Shown here: positions 54,726 through 63,964 of the stretch, one piece after another
Layout of the letters: each line of letters begins with the position of its first letter
How positions within the stretch are numbered: the first letter of the stretch is position 1
DNA from: Candidatus Azotimanducaceae bacterium
GTDB lineage: Bacteria; Pseudomonadota; Gammaproteobacteria; Pseudomonadales; Azotimanducaceae
DNA: 64,000 nt
Assembly (NCBI GenBank): GCA_965217825.1
Contig: OZ244571.1
Location: 1,248,882 to 1,312,881, forward strand
Direction of reading: 5' to 3'
Made by a program: the position numbers and the translations under genes
Notes under the pieces: generated by a model
Told to the model about the DNA's origin: nothing
The model's database searches: none
What the model saw: the letters and a program-made list of their open reading frames with translations, nothing else

Positions 54726-55990
54726 CTTTCCACTCCCTTTGATCCTTCGTGTCTCGCCCGGTCGGTGGCCGCTTGCCGGCGGAGCGTCTCGGGCACGAAG
54801 ACTACCAGCAAACAGATGCCCACGAAGGCCATCCCGCCGGTGGATGTGCAGGCGATGGCAAGCGACGTCAATTGCGCTACCCACCCCATGATGAAAGGTC
54901 CCACCGCCGCGCCCACGTCGCCCACCAGACGCCAGACGCCGAGAAATTCACCGCGTCCCTGCGCGGGAGACAGGTCTCCGCCGAGCGTCATGAAGATGCC
55001 GGTGCCGAAACCGTTGCCGAGCCCGGCAAGGATGCCTACCGCAGCGAAGGTCCAGAAGCTGCCAGCGAACGGCAGGGCGGCGACGCCGAGGCCCAGCAGC
55101 AGCATCGCGGGTCCCAACGCCCACCTGCGGCCGACAAGGTCGATGATCATGCCCGCGGGGTAGAACATCGCCATGTCGACCGCGGCGGAGAGGCTGAACG
55201 CCAGTCCGATTTCGGCGGCGGAGAACCCCATCTCGGCACCGATCAGCGGAATCATCAGCAAACGCCCGGCTCGCAGGAACATCAGTACGATCATGACGCT
55301 TCCAGCCGTTGCAAAGGTTCGTCTATGCGTCCCGACGACATGTGCGAGGCGGGTTGGCTCAAGCCCCTGAGCCGGTCTGGGCTGGCCTGCGAAGATCAGC
55401 ACCATCACAAGGGAAACCGCGAACAACGCGCCGGCGGCTGCAAACACGGACCGATATCCGATCAAGTCGGCACCAATACCTGCAAGCAGCGGACCAACAA
55501 GCGCCCCAGCGCGTTGCAGCCCCGCCATCAGGGAGATCACGCGGCCGCGCTGGTCGAGGCGCACCGTGTCGGTAATGAATGTCACCCTTCCGAGCACCCA
55601 GATGCCAGCACCGGCGCCGAAGCCGAGGGCAGCGAAAGAGAGCACGGGAACGCCGGTTGCGGCTGCGGGCGCAAAGGTGGCGAGCGTGGCCAACACGAGT
55701 CCCAGGATCATGACACCGCGGTCGCCGATGCGCGCCACCAACATGCCGGCGGGTACGTCCATCAACATCGTCCCGGCGCCACGCAAACCCACAATCGTGG
55801 CGGCCAACGCCGGACCGCCGCCGATTTCGAGGGCATAAAGCGGCAACATGATCTGCACGGCGTTCTGGGCGATCGCGGAGAAGAACGACGGCATGTAGAC
55901 CGGCAGGGCTATGCCGCGCATCACCGACAGGACGGTATCCCGATCACCGGGTTCCGCCGAATACGAAGTCCTTCGCCTTGGTCCTAACAT
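54722..55990 (-). CDS. MFS transporter
   Basis: 12-TM-like hydrophobic profile with an MFS loop motif (GMLVARIGDRG). The start is uncertain; the track ORF extends to 56110. Confidence 0.8.
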   Translation of the reverse strand: MLGPRRRTSYSAEPGDRDTVLSVMRGIALPVYMPSFFSAIAQNAVQIMLPLYALEIGGGPALAATIVGLRGAGTMLMDVPAGMLVARIGDRGVMILGLVLATLATFAPAAATGVPVLSFAALGFGAGAGIWVLGRVTFITDTVRLDQRGRVISLMAGLQRAGALVGPLLAGIGADLIGYRSVFAAAGALFAVSLVMVLIFAGQPRPAQGLEPTRLAHVVGTHRRTFATAGSVMIVLMFLRAGRLLMIPLIGAEMGFSAAEIGLAFSLSAAVDMAMFYPAGMIIDLVGRRWALGPAMLLLGLGVAALPFAGSFWTFAAVGILAGLGNGFGTGIFMTLGGDLSPAQGRGEFLGVWRLVGDVGAAVGPFIMGWVAQLTSLAIACTSTGGMAFVGICLLVVFVPETLRRQAATDRARHEGSKGVER

Positions 55991-56109
55991 GACATGACTC
56001 GTCCCGCCTCTAGAGGCGACCCAGGTCGAGTCGCCCTCCGCCGTCCACGCCGCCGCGGTCTTCGCGTCGACGCGGAGCGGCGTCAAGGTCAGTCCGACAT
56101 GGCCTTCCA

Positions 56110-57243
56110 ATGGACAAGGGTGAGCCGAGCACGCCCCCGGGGCCCAGGCGCGAGTGCCGGGTGTGGCTCGGCGTCACGTCATTCTCGCATCGTTTCACGC
56201 GCGTGGAAAACGACACTGCCGGGGAGCGAATCCTGGCGGGCGCAACGGCGCCAATCAATTGTGGCGCAGTTCCTGATAGGGGCCAAGCGGGGCTGCCTGC
56301 GGGAACCTATGGCAGAGCGATCCTCAACCGCCTGCTGATTGATTTGTCCTGGGCATCCAGTTATCTCGAAGGCAACACCTACAGTCGGCGCGATACGCGC
56401 GAACTGATCGAGCATGGCAAGGTCGCTGAGGGCAAGGCCTTGATTGAGACTCAGATGATCCTGAACCACAAGGGGGCAATCGAGCTGTTGGTGGACAATG
56501 CCGATGCGGCGGCGTTCAACCGTCACACCCTCCTCAATCTTCACAGTGCTCTGTCCGAAAACCTGCTGCCCAACCCGGCGGACGAGGGTCGTGTGCGCCG
56601 CCACATCGTGGAGATCGGCCGAAGCGTTTACCAGCCCCTCTCGGTGCCGGCGCAGACCGACGAAATGCTGGGGACACTGTTGGACAAGGCGAACCGGATT
56701 GCGGACCCGTTCGAACAGTCCTTCTTCGCCATGGTGCATTTGCCGTACTTGCAGCCTTTTGCGGACATTAACAAACGCACGTCCCGACTTATCGCCAATC
56801 TTCCCTTGATCCGCGCGAACCTATGCCCGCTGACTTTTCTCGACGTGCCCGAACGCGCGTACAGCCGTGCCATCCTCGGCGTATACGAGTTGACCCGCGT
56901 TGAACCACTTCGAGACCTGTACCTGTGGGCCTATGAACGGTCGACGCAGGAGTACGTCGCCGTCACGCGGGATCCGGTGCAACCGGATCCCGCGCGGCTT
57001 ACCTACCGCGATGTCATCAAACAAACTGTTCGAGATGTTGTCGAACATCCGAATGATGACCCTCTCGACAGGATCCGGCGGTTCCTCGCGAACAATTCGG
57101 GAACGCTGGACGACGTCGCCATGGCCGATGTGGAAGCTCTCGTTATCGAAGAACTACGGCGGCTGCACGCAGGGAGCTTGGCCCGATACGGCCTGCGCCT
57201 CGCGCAATATGCGATTTGGAGAGAACGTCGGCGGGAGACTTGA
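56110..57243 (+). CDS. Fic/DOC-family protein with degenerate active-site motif
   Basis: The Fic fold blocks are present (SSYLEGNTYS, MILNHKGAIELL, FEQSFFAMVHLPYLQPFADINKRTSRLIANLPL). The motif position reads QPFADINKRTSR instead of HxFx(D/E)GNGRxxR. The N-terminal ~70 aa and the start codon are uncertain. Confidence 0.65.
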   Translation: MDKGEPSTPPGPRRECRVWLGVTSFSHRFTRVENDTAGERILAGATAPINCGAVPDRGQAGLPAGTYGRAILNRLLIDLSWASSYLEGNTYSRRDTRELIEHGKVAEGKALIETQMILNHKGAIELLVDNADAAAFNRHTLLNLHSALSENLLPNPADEGRVRRHIVEIGRSVYQPLSVPAQTDEMLGTLLDKANRIADPFEQSFFAMVHLPYLQPFADINKRTSRLIANLPLIRANLCPLTFLDVPERAYSRAILGVYELTRVEPLRDLYLWAYERSTQEYVAVTRDPVQPDPARLTYRDVIKQTVRDVVEHPNDDPLDRIRRFLANNSGTLDDVAMADVEALVIEELRRLHAGSLARYGLRLAQYAIWRERRRET

Positions 57244-57308
57244 GTAGCGACTCTTGGTGAATTCGTGCGGGCTTGGCGTGCGACGGCGGGTCGAGGGCAC
57301 CGCACGTT

Positions 57309-58367
57309 TCAGGACAGTGCGGCGGCGATGATCCGGCGAGCCTGATCCACGATATCGCCTTCCAGCGCCGCGTCGTGGCCGGAGAGCGACGGCGTATGCA
57401 GGTGTCCCAGGGGAAACTCAACCCCGAGCTGTTTCTGCAGCAGCAGGCTGCGATACGTGATCTCGTTCGACAGGTAGCCCCCGCTCGCGCCTCGCACAGC
57501 GGTGTCCCGCGACAGTTCCTTCAAGGACCGCGCGGCGAACGAACCGCGCTCAATGCTCGCGACGCGCCGGTTGTCGTGGATGCGCCAGCGGCCCTGGACT
57601 GCGGACATCATGGCCGCTGGCAGGGAGAACGCGAGGAATTCCGGCGCCCCTGTGCCGTCGAGGTCCGGCGGTACGAGCGGATTCGATGCCGAAGCGCCGC
57701 TTACCGCGTTGCTGTTATCCGCCGTTTCCGCGGAGCGGCGAAGGCCCGGGAAACGTTCCAGATCGAAGCGGTCGCGTCCCATGCTTACCGTCAATGCCAG
57801 CGCCAGGCCGCGTTGGAACAGCGGCCGGAGCAAGTCTTCGACAACGCCCCGGTCGAAGGCACCGAAACGCACCGGCAGGATCGCGGTGCGCACGTGGGCG
57901 CCGGCGATGGTCGTGCCGTCGAGGGCAAGCGCGACCAGTCCCGAGGGATTGCTCTGCTCGACCATGTCGTCCAGGTGGAAGGGATCGAAGCCGGTCACCA
58001 ATACCCTGGGGACTCCGGCCGGATAAGTCGGTTCGAAGTTTCGGGACAGCCGTTCCGCGAGGCCGGCGTCCGGTTGTCCGAGGGTCCGGCACAGCTTGAG
58101 TCGCGCCCAGTAGAGGGGCCGATCATCCAGATGGCCGGACTGGACGTCGGCAACCGCTCGCCGCCACAGGCGCGCGCCGTCGCCCAACCGGACGATGTCG
58201 TCGTAACGTCCCGTCACGGACGGCATCGCCTGCGCGGCGCTTTCGAGGCGTGCTTCTTCAACTTCCATCGTCACGGTTGGCGTTCCCTGCCGTTGTCTTG
58301 CCGAATCTTGCGTCGCTGGTCGATACTCGATCGGGAAGCGACCAAGGACACCCATGCCCGGAACCAT
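57309..58367 (-). CDS. pyroglutamyl-peptidase (C15)-like protein, Ser at the nucleophile position
   Basis: VLVTGFDPF...SNPSG...LPVRF...SMGRDRFDLERF...SGGYLSNEITY...LGHLHTP parallels the PCP blocks (VLVTGFEPF, ...ER.A.N, GTFVCN..FY, FIHIP). The N-terminal ~110 aa extension is unassigned. Confidence 0.55.
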   Translation of the reverse strand: MVPGMGVLGRFPIEYRPATQDSARQRQGTPTVTMEVEEARLESAAQAMPSVTGRYDDIVRLGDGARLWRRAVADVQSGHLDDRPLYWARLKLCRTLGQPDAGLAERLSRNFEPTYPAGVPRVLVTGFDPFHLDDMVEQSNPSGLVALALDGTTIAGAHVRTAILPVRFGAFDRGVVEDLLRPLFQRGLALALTVSMGRDRFDLERFPGLRRSAETADNSNAVSGASASNPLVPPDLDGTGAPEFLAFSLPAAMMSAVQGRWRIHDNRRVASIERGSFAARSLKELSRDTAVRGASGGYLSNEITYRSLLLQKQLGVEFPLGHLHTPSLSGHDAALEGDIVDQARRIIAAALS

Positions 58368-58560
58368 TATCGACGCTCAGATCCACCTGTGGGAGCGGGA
58401 ATCCCCGGATCGTCCGTGGCCGGACTATGGCCGCGCATACGCGCATGGGGAGGAGTTGACCGCCGAGCAGGCGCCCGCGCGCATGGACGAGGCGGGAGTG
58501 CATCGGTCGGTGATGGTGCCGCCGTCCCGGGAGGGCGACTGGAACCGATCAGTCGATTAA
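58354..58560 (+). pseudogene. N-terminal fragment of an amidohydrolase_2-family protein
   Basis: IIDAQIHLWE...RMDEAGVHRSVMV is the typical N-terminus of PF04909-type amidohydrolases. The ORF stops after 68 aa. Confidence 0.45.
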
Positions 58561-58582
58561 GCCACGCGAAACGCTCTGTCTG

Positions 58583-59350
58583 TCATGGATCGTAGCGGGC
58601 GAACCAGACCTCCTCCGAAGGCCAGGATTGCGCCCATTCGGCATCCGCCCAGGCATAGGTCGTCGTCGCGCCAGACGGCGCGCCGAGTTCCAGAAGTCGT
58701 TCCACGACGAAACCGTTGCCCGTCAGCAATTCGATCCACTGCCCGTGGGTCAGGTAGAACTCTACTTCATCGCCTTCCGGCCACTGGACGCTGTAAAGGC
58801 CGAGATAGGGGCGTTGCAGCGCCGCTGTCATCTTCAACCCGTCGACATCCGGCATGCATGCGACGGCGAAACCGGCGTTGGTCATGAACACCAATTGGCT
58901 GCCGGGCCGTAGCACCCGCGCGGCTTCCGGAATCCAACGCAGTGGATCGGCCCAGAGCGCGGCGCCGTATTCCGAGATCGCGAAATCGAAACTGTCGTCG
59001 CCGAACGGCAGTTGTTCGCCTATACCCTCGACGAGCGATATGGGCAGTCCGTGCCGCGCGCGCAGGCTATCCGCCGTCGCAAGCTGGTTTGGCGTAGGGT
59101 CGATGCCGACGACTTCTCCGCCTCGCCGGGCCATCCAGGCCGAGACATAGGCGGTGCCGCAGCCGATCTCGAGGCATCGTTTGCCCGCAAGGTCCTCCGG
59201 CAGCAGCCTGAGTTCGCTTTCCGCCAGCTTCCAGATGCCCCAATACGGATCGGTACTGGCCCACGCGCTACGGCCAGATTCGGCGTAGCGCGCGGCGAAC
59301 TGCTGCCAGGCGTCGCGGTTGCGGCGCACATGCTCCTGCGGCGCCTTCAC
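58583..59350 (-). CDS. class I SAM-dependent methyltransferase
   Basis: Motif I is CLEIGCGTAYVSAWMARRGGEVVGIDP. The GTG start overlaps the stop of the upstream M28 gene. Confidence 0.8.
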   Translation of the reverse strand: MKAPQEHVRRNRDAWQQFAARYAESGRSAWASTDPYWGIWKLAESELRLLPEDLAGKRCLEIGCGTAYVSAWMARRGGEVVGIDPTPNQLATADSLRARHGLPISLVEGIGEQLPFGDDSFDFAISEYGAALWADPLRWIPEAARVLRPGSQLVFMTNAGFAVACMPDVDGLKMTAALQRPYLGLYSVQWPEGDEVEFYLTHGQWIELLTGNGFVVERLLELGAPSGATTTYAWADAEWAQSWPSEEVWFARYDP

Positions 59351-61548
59351 TCGGCGGCTAGCGCCTTGATGTCTTCGATGCGGCCGGCCAACGTGTCCAA
59401 AGCCGCGGCGAGCGCGTCTACTCCTGGCGCCACCTGCTCGTATTGCCGGTGTTCCATGGCTTCGCGAATCCAGGGCAGCGTCTTCGCGCCATAGCCGGTG
59501 TAGAAGCCGGGGGCATAGATCTGATGGCGGTACCAGGGCCGTCCCGGCAAACCTTCCGCGCGGGTGAGCAACCGTTCGCTGGTGAAGAGCAGGCGATTGA
59601 CTTCGGCAAGCACGGCATCGTCGACTTCGGGCGTGACGGCGTAGCCGTCGAGGGCCTCACCGATGCGAGCCAGGGCGTTGTGTATCGGCGCGAAATTGAA
59701 GTGGGGCACGCTCTGCCGCCGAGCCGGGGGACGTAGTGCCTTGGTGGGGTCGAGCGCCGCCGAAAAAGCACCGCTGTCGATGAGGTCGTTGACCCGCGCG
59801 ACCTCCTGGCGCTCGGTCTCGGCCAAGGCTTCGAGTTCTTCCACGTAGCCCCGCACCGTCTCGACGAGATTGGTGAAGTCGAAGGGCAGCAACCGCGCGT
59901 TGGCCATGCGCAGCGTCGCGCGGCCGGTGACTTTGGCCAATACCACTCCGTACACGTGCCCCGGGTCGACGAAACGTTCGTAGTGCTCCACCGTGTCGTA
60001 GAGCGTGTGGTAGCTCCCGCTCTCGCCCTCACCGCCGATGGATACGTTGGCCGAGGCGATGCCGACGTGATGTATGAACGTCGTGTAGTCGGAGCCGGAG
60101 CCAAGTGCCGAGATGCGAAGATCGGCGCGTGCGTTCAGATCCTGGATGGCCGTTTCATCGCCGTTCACACGAATGCGCGCGCGGTTGCGCTCGGCCATGG
60201 ACAGCCCGGTTTGCGGGTCGATCACATCGCGTTGCACCGCATTGAAGAATTTCTCGAGCGAGTGACTGCCGCCGATGCGCACGAAGCCTCGCGAATTGCC
60301 GTCCGTGTTGGTGTAGAGCACCGCCTTCTCCGCGAGTTCCTGGCGGTTCTCCTCCACCCACTCCGTGGAACCCATGAGACCCTGTTCTTCCGCGTCCCAG
60401 GCGGCGAACACCACTGTGCGCGCCGGCGTTTCGGGCAGCTTGGAGATAGCTTTCGCCTCCGCCAACAGGGAGATCAGCCCTGAAATGGGATCCCGCGCGC
60501 CGTGGTTCCAGGCATCGTGATGGTTACCCCGAATCACCCACTGGTCCGGCCATACCGCCCCTTTGCGCCGCGCCACGACGTTCTTCGCGGTGACGGTCTT
60601 CCACTCGAACTCGAGCTGCAGGTGAGCTGTCGCTGGTCCGGGTCCGATGCGATAGGTGATGGGCAAGCCGCCGCGCCACTCCGGCGGCGCAACCGGGCCT
60701 TCGATCGCGTCGAGCAGCGGCAGCGCATCGCCATAGCTGATGGGTAGCGTCGGTATGGTCGCAATGGATGGGGCGTCATGTCTTTCGAGGCGTTTCGCGT
60801 CGGCGGTGGCGGCCCAGCCCGGCGTCAGCGCATCGCCGGCATATAGTGGCGTGTACTTGATCGAACCGCGTTGAACGCCGCTGTCGTTCTTGTACGGGCC
60901 TTTGGGGTACACCTCGCCCGGGACATAGCCGTCGTCGCCGGGATCGGAGTAGATGAGGCAGCCGATGGCACCGCGTTCCGCGGCGAGCCGCGACTTGATG
61001 GCGCGAAAGGCGTTGCCGTATCGGACGATCACGATCTTGCCCGCGACGCCGACGCCGTAACGCTCGAGCTGCTCGTAGTCTTCTCGCAGGCCGTAGTTGA
61101 CATACACGAGCTGACCCGTGACATCGCCATCCGGCGAAAAGGCGTTATAGGGCGGCAGCACATCCGGCGACGCGCTGCTCTCATCCCCGGCCACGCTACG
61201 TTCCACCAGGGAAGCGGAGAAGGAGTGCGGTTCGATCATTTCAAGGCGCCGGGTCTTTGGCACTGGAAACAGCACGTCGTAACTCGTGATTTCGGTGTCG
61301 TATCCCCATTCGGTGAACAGGCGCTTCAGGGTCTCGACGTTGCGTTGCCCGTGAGTGGAACCGACGTGGTGGGGTTGTCCAGCCAGTTCGTGCATCCAGG
61401 CGCGCAAGTCGGATGCGTCGAGATGGCGGTCGAAAGCTGCTTCAAGGCGGCGCTGAACCTGCGCGCCGTCGTCCGTAAATCCTGGTAGTGGCTCGCTGGC
61501 AGCGGCGTTAAGGGTCAGGGCCGAGACGAGTGCGATTGCTCGGAGCAT
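59347..61548 (-). CDS. M28-family peptidase of the glutamate-carboxypeptidase-II / transferrin-receptor-like type (PA + M28 + dimerisation domains)
   Basis: The signal peptide is MLRAIALVSALTLNAAAS. PA-domain and M28 zinc-site blocks are present (RGNHHDAW, AWDAEEQGLMGS), with a C-terminal TFR-dimer-like helical region. The start is set at the ATG at 61548. Confidence 0.85.
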   Translation of the reverse strand: MLRAIALVSALTLNAAASEPLPGFTDDGAQVQRRLEAAFDRHLDASDLRAWMHELAGQPHHVGSTHGQRNVETLKRLFTEWGYDTEITSYDVLFPVPKTRRLEMIEPHSFSASLVERSVAGDESSASPDVLPPYNAFSPDGDVTGQLVYVNYGLREDYEQLERYGVGVAGKIVIVRYGNAFRAIKSRLAAERGAIGCLIYSDPGDDGYVPGEVYPKGPYKNDSGVQRGSIKYTPLYAGDALTPGWAATADAKRLERHDAPSIATIPTLPISYGDALPLLDAIEGPVAPPEWRGGLPITYRIGPGPATAHLQLEFEWKTVTAKNVVARRKGAVWPDQWVIRGNHHDAWNHGARDPISGLISLLAEAKAISKLPETPARTVVFAAWDAEEQGLMGSTEWVEENRQELAEKAVLYTNTDGNSRGFVRIGGSHSLEKFFNAVQRDVIDPQTGLSMAERNRARIRVNGDETAIQDLNARADLRISALGSGSDYTTFIHHVGIASANVSIGGEGESGSYHTLYDTVEHYERFVDPGHVYGVVLAKVTGRATLRMANARLLPFDFTNLVETVRGYVEELEALAETERQEVARVNDLIDSGAFSAALDPTKALRPPARRQSVPHFNFAPIHNALARIGEALDGYAVTPEVDDAVLAEVNRLLFTSERLLTRAEGLPGRPWYRHQIYAPGFYTGYGAKTLPWIREAMEHRQYEQVAPGVDALAAALDTLAGRIEDIKALAAE

Positions 61549-61636
61549 GGTCGTGGTACGGGAAATGGCGGACGAAGATTGTAACCGCGTAGCGGCAGTT
61601 GCGGAGGGGACTCCCGAGTCCCGTGCGCTGCGCCGA

Positions 61637-62110
61637 CTATTCGCCGGGGGTTGGCTCGGAACCGATCCAGGCGCGGGCGCGGCGCACATGTTCCATCGGC
61701 TTAAAGATCGATGAGAAGATGTCACGCACTACGCCGTTCTCATCCAGCAGGTAGGTGACCCGCCCCGGCAGCGGTCCGGTGAAGGCACCGTAGAGTCGGC
61801 GCACCTTGTTGCCGGCGTCACTCAGGACGGGGAAGGGGAGTGCGTGATGATCGGCGAATCGCTCATGCGACGCGACTGCACCGCTATTGATGCCAACCAC
61901 TTCCGTGCCCGAGGTGACGAACTCCTCGTAGTGATCGCGGAACCCGCGCGCCTCGAGAGCACAGCCCGGAGAGTCATCCATGGGGTAGAAGAACAGCACG
62001 ACTTTTCGGCCGTGCAGGGAGGTGAGCGAAAATGTTTCTCCGCCCGCTGCGGGCAGGACAAAGTCAGGTGCTTCATCGCCGATGGCAACTTTCGTTCTAC
62101 GCACAGCCAT
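61637..62110 (-). CDS. bcp: thioredoxin-dependent thiol peroxidase (Bcp-type peroxiredoxin)
   Basis: Reads GDEAPDFVLP...GRKVVLFFYPMDDSPGCALEA...FPVLSD. The start is set at MAVRRTK. Confidence 0.85.
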   Translation of the reverse strand: MAVRRTKVAIGDEAPDFVLPAAGGETFSLTSLHGRKVVLFFYPMDDSPGCALEARGFRDHYEEFVTSGTEVVGINSGAVASHERFADHHALPFPVLSDAGNKVRRLYGAFTGPLPGRVTYLLDENGVVRDIFSSIFKPMEHVRRARAWIGSEPTPGE

Positions 62111-62169
62111 ATCGGAGCTTCGAAAGTCGAGTTGATCGAAAAGCATACCCGTTCACGGGCTTCCGCGCG

Positions 62170-62290
62170 CTAGTAGATTCCCGGCACGATGCGCCAGCGT
62201 GCGTGCCGTCGATACTCCTCCCACAGCGGTCCGTATTTCTTCGCGCAGCGCCGGTCGTCGTCGCGCTCGCGCGGGTAGCGCGAGATGCGA
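62170..62290 (-). pseudogene. C-terminal tail fragment of an ERG4/ERG24 (sterol-reductase-like)/DUF1295-type membrane protein
   Basis: ...RERDDDRRCAKKYGPLWEEYRRHARWRIVPGIY* matches the family tail pattern RD(E/D)xRCxxKYGxxWxxYxxxVPYRxxPGI(F/Y). There is no upstream body in frame. Confidence 0.4.
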
Positions 62291-62793
62291 CCTGGATATG
62301 GCGCGGGCCCTTCCCCAGCGCGTCCAGGGTCTGGCGCGCGACGGCGTCGGGAGTCATCGTGCCCGATGCTATCCGGGTGGTGGATTTCAGATAGCGGGGC
62401 GTACTGATCGCCCCGGGGCAGGAGACCACGACATCGATGCCCCGCCCGCTCAGTTCGTACCAGAGACCCTCGGCGAGGACGGTGTTGAATGCCTTGCTGG
62501 CCACATAGGCGGCGAGGCGAGGAGCGCCCTGCATACCCGCCAGCGACGACATCATCACTACCGCGCCGCGCCCGCGCTCGTGCATGGGCGGCAGCAGCGC
62601 GCGCAGGAACGTCAGCGGACCATGTACGTTGACGCGCATGAGTTGGTCGAGGGCATCGTCTTCGAGTTCGAGGAAGTTGGCCACCGGCACGAATGCCGCG
62701 TTTGGCGAGTTCGGTGGCGAAAGCAGCGCCAAGACCCTCCGAAGCCCCTGCGACCACAGCCCAATTGCCGTAACGCGTTAGAAAGTCACGCAT
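62290..62793 (-). pseudogene. SDR-family oxidoreductase remnant (internal deletion/frameshift, 3' end replaced)
   Basis: The N-terminus MRDFLTRYGNWAVVAGASEGLGAAFATELAKRG is in one frame. NAAFVPV...MMSSLAGMQGAPRLAAYVASKAF... is in another frame, with the ~50 residues normally between them missing. Confidence 0.6.
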
Positions 62794-62866
62794 TTCAACT
62801 CGCTCCTGTTCGTGCTCGGGTGTGAATCGATTGTTAGCGTCGGCGCACTGAACTACATTACACCTC

Positions 62867-63772
62867 GTGCCAGTAATGATCCCATCGAGCTGCGCGCCGG
62901 CGGTTGTATGTCATGCTGGCTCCGGTTCGAATCCGGCCCATTCAGACGGCCCCCGGAATGCGTCTCTCGCTGGCCTCGACGCTATCGCCCGTGGCAAGGG
63001 GGCGCTGGACGCCGCCATCGCCGCGACACAATTTCTCGAGGACGACGAACGTTTCAACGCCGGAACCGGCTCGAACCTCCGCCTGGACGGGACCATCCAG
63101 ATGGATGCGTCATGCATGACGAGCGGCGGGAACTTTGCCGCAGTGGCTGCCATCGAGCGCGTCAGGAACCCCGTCGCTGTCGCCAGACGCCTGCTTGGGA
63201 CCCCTCATATTCTGCTTGTGGCGGACGGCGCCACTGCATTTGCCCGTCGTTGTGGCTTTGCCGACTATGACCCAGTGACACCGGCAGCGCAGTCGCGGCT
63301 CCGGAAAGTATTGGCTGTTACCGATCCGCTTGGGGAATGGTCGCATTCCGAGCTGGAACGAGCCTGGAACTACGATACCCCGTTACGCCACGTTCTGGGC
63401 AGTGACACGGTAGGCAGTGTCGTACGGGATGGTCAGGGATTTGCGTGCGCCCTCAGCACCGGCGGCACAACGATGGTTCTGCGCGGGCGCGTGGGGGATG
63501 TCCCCTTGCCTGGTTGCGGTTTATTTGCCGGCATACACGGCGCTATCGCCGCGACTGGCGACGGCGAATACATCGCTAGATCCCTGCTGGCCTATCGGGC
63601 CTATGCCGAGCTTGAACGGGGGCGAAGCCCGGAGCAGGTTGTCGAATGGGCTCTCGACGAACTCGCCGAAGGCGTGGATATTGGAGTCATCGCCATCAAT
63701 CAGACCGGCTTCGCGGGCGGAGCCAGACAAGGCATGGCTTGGTACGGCCAGTGCGGCCAGGCGCACGCTTGA
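62867..63772 (+). CDS. isoaspartyl peptidase / L-asparaginase (Ntn hydrolase, asparaginase-2 family)
   Basis: Family blocks are present (HAGSGS, RFNAGTGSNL, the autoprocessing site GSDTVGSVV, GDGEYIARSLLAYR). An ATG at 62876 is an alternative start. Confidence 0.85.
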   Translation: MPVMIPSSCAPAVVCHAGSGSNPAHSDGPRNASLAGLDAIARGKGALDAAIAATQFLEDDERFNAGTGSNLRLDGTIQMDASCMTSGGNFAAVAAIERVRNPVAVARRLLGTPHILLVADGATAFARRCGFADYDPVTPAAQSRLRKVLAVTDPLGEWSHSELERAWNYDTPLRHVLGSDTVGSVVRDGQGFACALSTGGTTMVLRGRVGDVPLPGCGLFAGIHGAIAATGDGEYIARSLLAYRAYAELERGRSPEQVVEWALDELAEGVDIGVIAINQTGFAGGARQGMAWYGQCGQAHA

Positions 63773-63789
63773 AGATCCTCGAGCGCTAT

Positions 63790-63866
63790 TGCGACCACAC
63801 CCAGTTGCCGTAACGCTTTAGAAAGTCAGGCATTTCAACTCGCTCCTCGTTCGTGCTCCGGTGTCG
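63790..63866. repeat. second copy (~90% by eye) of the SDR-gene 5' end plus upstream leader (copy of ~62749-62824)
   Basis: TGCGACCACA.CCCA.TTGCCGTAACGC.TTAGAAAGTCA.GCATTTCAACTCGCTCCT..GTTCGTGCTC.GGTGT occurs at both sites. On the minus strand this copy encodes only MPDFLKRYGNWVWSQ*. Confidence 0.65.
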
Positions 63867-63936
63867 GGAACGCATCATTCGGCATCATACCCAAGGTCCG
63901 GCCCGTCAATATTTGGAGCAAGTTTGGAGAAAGTGT

Positions 63937-63964
63937 TTGACAAGCCGACCGGCACCCCTATACT
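63937..63964 (+). promoter_or_regulatory. sigma70-like promoter facing the right window edge
   Basis: TTGACA (63937-63942), a 16-nt spacer, then TATACT (63959-63964). The target gene is outside the window. Confidence 0.3.

Noticed and set aside
54075-55987. 362-aa and 412-aa plus-strand ORFs opposite the LLM and MFS genes
   Set aside because: They are antisense, Arg/His/Gly-rich and lack motifs. The minus-strand genes have clear family signatures.
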